DNA from: Felis catus
Taxonomy: Eukaryota
Direction: 5' to 3'
Assembly (NCBI RefSeq): GCF_018350175.1
Contig: NC_058368.1
Location: forward strand, 120,406,001-120,470,000
DNA length: 64,000 nt
Position numbers and translations under genes: made by a program. Shown here one piece after another: positions 61,107 through 64,000 of the stretch (the stretch's first letter is position 1; each line of letters opens with the position of its first letter). The notes below the pieces were generated by a model. That model worked only from the letters and a program-made list of their open reading frames with translations. It was not told where the DNA came from and did not search any database.

Positions 61107-61611
61107 AGGAAGCTTGAAAAAGCATCACAGATTTCCTTCGGCAGGCCAAGAAACAAACATTTCAGATCATGATACTGGGAGAAGAGAAAAATGAGAGAAA
61201 TAGGAAAGGGCGTTCATCAGTATGACCACAGTCTGGGCCCATCGCCAGCAACAGCCAAGAAGAAGCTTTCTGCCACCGAGGAAAAATGAGTAGTTTCAGG
61301 GCAGTAACATCCAGCTTTCTGAATTGATATGACTTCATAATATCTTCAGGTTTTAAGTAAAGTTTATTATCCGCCCCAACTTGGTTTTAGCCTCTTGTTA
61401 GTACTGTCTTGGGAGTGAAAGAAGGGGCTATGTCAGTGTTTTAAGGCAAAACAAAGGGAAGACAGTTAAATGACCAGGGAAGGTAAAGACATAACTTCCA
61501 AAAGCGACAGGGGAGGGACTAGAAGCAATAGTTCAGAGCAAGAATGGAGAAAACCAACCAGGACATAGAAGCACTCCCTGGAAATATTCAGAAATACTGG
61601 GAGGGACTGGA

Positions 61612-62090
61612 ATTTTTTTCAATATAGGTGACACACAATGTGACACTGGTTTCAAATGTACATCATAGTGATTCACCAGTTCTATATGTAATGCTGGGCT
61701 CACCACCAGTGTAACTACCATCTGTCACCATACAGTGTGTTACAGTCATGTTGACCAGGCTCCCTGTGCTGTACCTTTCATCCCCGGGGCTTACTTGTCC
61801 CATAACTAGAAGCCTTTGTCTCCCACTCCCCTTCACTCGTCTTGCCCGTCCCCAACATCCTTCCCTTCTGGCAACCATCAGTTATTTCCTCTGTATTTAT
61901 AAGTCTGACTCTATTTTTTATTTGTTTATTCATTTATTTCATTTTTTAGATTCTACATATAAGTGAAACCACATGGCATTTGTTTTTTCTGTTTTGTTTC
62001 ACTTAGCCTAATATCTCCTAGTTCCATCCACATTGCTGCAAATGACAAGATCTCATCCTACTTTATGGCTGAGTAATACTCCATTTTATA
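61612..62090 (-). mobile_element. L1 3'UTR fragment (L1MA/carnivore-type)
   Basis: CCCTTCTGGCAACCATCAGT, TTTTTAGATTCTACATATAAGTGA and GCAAATGACAAGATCTCATCC..ATGGCTGAGTAATACTCCATT. Confidence 0.88.
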
Positions 62091-62268
62091 GTCATGCAGG
62101 ATGGAGCTGACTTATTTTACTCTGTATGAGGTTTACCTTCTATATAAAAGGTCTTAAGGAAGAAAACATGACTTCTTTATAGGTACATCAAAGAGGGCAG
62201 GGGGCTTTAAAATGTACGAGTTGACACATCAGTTAGATAGCTTTTTTTGGTTACTGCTTTAAAGTATA

Positions 62269-62274
<6 letters not shown>

Positions 62275-62310
<36 letters not shown>

Positions 62311-62519
62311 TTTTCAACGTTTTTATTTATTTTTGGGACAGAGAGAGACAGAGCATGGACGGGGGAGGGGCAGAGAGAGAGGGAGACACAGAATCGGAAA
62401 CAGGCTCCAGGCTCTGAACCATCAGCCCAGAGCCTGACGCGGGGCTCAAACTCACGGACCGTGAGATCGTGACCTGGCTGAAGTCGGACGCTTAACCGAC
62501 TGCGCCACCCAGGCGCCCC
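62275..62519 (-). mobile_element. Young SINEC_Fc with long homopolymeric A-tail
   Basis: Perfect 15-bp TSD TAAAGTATAAGTTTT at 62260-62274 and 62520-62534. T run at 62271-62301. Confidence 0.97.
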
Positions 62520-62759
62520 TAAAGTATAAGTTTTACACAATGTTCCCAGCTTCTAAAAATACTTTTCTTTAAGCCAGTACTTTTAAAAAGATACTGATTT
62601 GGAATAGGTTTGGGTAACACAAGAGCTAGGAATAGAGGAGAAATGTGTATGAGGAAAACCAGAAAGAACTGCAGTGAGCCCCAGGGTGCCCCCCCAAATC
62701 TGAGGAGGCGACTTCTCTCCTCAAAACCTCCATGACGGCCCATTTCATTTGGATAAAAT

Positions 62760-63216
62760 TCATTCTCCTCATCACAGCTTCATCTGGTCTCACCTGTCTC
62801 TGCAGCCCCACCATGTGCCATATTTTTCTTCTTCAGACCGAATCATAATGCTGGCATTTATTTTCCCATTCCAACATTCCGGGTTGTTTTCGCCTTAGGT
62901 CCTTTGTCTAGGGGTGCACTCTGACCTTCATTCTCTTCCTTCACCTCTTTACACATCTTCCCCTTCTTGTCATTCAAGTCTCATCCTAAATGCTGGCACC
63001 ATCAATAAGGCTTCTCTGATTACTCTATGGAAGCCACACACCCACCCCCATTATCACTGTCCATTACTTACTTCTTATTTATTCATATATTTTGTGTTTA
63101 TGTCCATTTGTATAGAAGATGTTTGAGAGGAGGGATCTTATTTTCTTGTTCTCTCCTGTGTCCCCAGCAGAAGAATATTTGTTGAATGAATGCATAAATA
63201 ATGAATGAATGAATGT
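62760..63216 (+). mobile_element. L2 3' fragment
   Basis: Ends AATATTTGTTGAATGAATGCATAAATAATGAATGAATGAATG. Confidence 0.68.
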
Positions 63217-63440
63217 CATACGCATCACTGCTCAGCTATATAGCCTCCAAACATACACAAACCTTTCCATGTAAATTGGAAATACAGACATTCAAACATT
63301 CATGTTTGACCAAATATTTAATCTTTTCCTTGCTAAGCTTTTTATCAGAATTACTTTCCCTCCCCCCTCAAAAAATATTTTAAAATACTTTATAAATCAT
63401 AGAATTACTGAGTTTAGAGAGCAATTAAAGACTATTGTCC

Positions 63441-63641
63441 GGGGGCGCCTGGGTGGCTCTGTCGTTGAGTGTCCACCTTCAGTTTAGGTCATGATCTCAT
63501 GGTTCATGGATTCAAGCCCTGCATCAGGCTCTGTGCTCACAGCCTGGAGCCAGCTTCAGATTCTGTGTCTCACTCTCTCTCTGCCCTCCCCCCGCTCATG
63601 CTCTGTTGCTCAAAAATGAATAAATGTTAATTTTTTTTTAA
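63441..63641 (+). mobile_element. CanSINE
   Basis: GGGGGCGCCTGGGTGGCTC head. TSD-like AAAGA(C/G)TAT(T/A)GTCC on both sides. Confidence 0.93.
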
Positions 63642-64000
63642 AAAGAGTATAGTCCAATTGTCCCACTTGATACTTCATATCCATTGCATTACTCTTATAG
63701 TAGAAGACCCCTCCTGCAATATACATGATAGTCTGGTCTATCTTCTAACAACTTTCAGTGTTGGAGTTGTTGCGTATGCGGGAAATAAACTTCCTTTTAG
63801 TGTTCTATTCATTCTCTCACTCACACATATTCATAAGTAAGCATCTTACCATGTGTTAGCCACCAAGCTAGCTCTGTGAATGCATATGAGGGGCACAGTA
63901 CAGCAATGTGTAAGAGAAGCCATCTCTTCTTCCACAGAGTGGTCAGGGCAGCTGTGAAAATAGCTACTGTGTATATAATTATAAGAAAAGCACTAGACAG

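Noticed and set aside
1..64000. A novel multi-gene system, CRISPR array or prokaryotic-type locus
   Set aside because: The DNA is felid genomic repeat-rich sequence. There are no regularly spaced repeat-spacer arrays or operon-like ORFs, and all RT/transposase homology belongs to known L1, ERV-L and Tigger families.

Overview
Repeat-rich, AT-rich mammalian genomic DNA from a felid (cat family), judged by young SINEC_Fc-type CanSINEs and an L1_Fc-type LINE. I recognise no host protein-coding gene, RNA gene or CRISPR array. The window looks intergenic or deep-intronic, and well over half of it is transposable-element derived. Main contents: (i) a TSD-flanked, near full-length but disabled LINE-1 (26157-31665, +) with an internal deletion through the ORF2 endonuclease; (ii) a near full-length Tigger2-type (pogo/Tc1-mariner) DNA transposon fossil with both TIRs and TA TSDs (9721-13321, -); (iii) a decayed ERV-L pol region (~13570-17150, +); (iv) two ERV1-like solo LTRs plus several MaLR/ERVL LTRs; (v) 16 CanSINEs of various ages, most with TSDs; (vi) old L1M, L2, MIR and hAT fragments and microsatellites. 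I found no convincing new biological system. The best second-look items are retrotransposition and recombination scars (a body-less poly(A) insertion with TSD, a microhomology deletion in L1, a two-age chimeric L1, twin SINEs) and a few speculative splice-site-flanked exon candidates in unique sequence. Repeat family names come from recalled consensus sequences, not a database search, and old-repeat boundaries are approximate.
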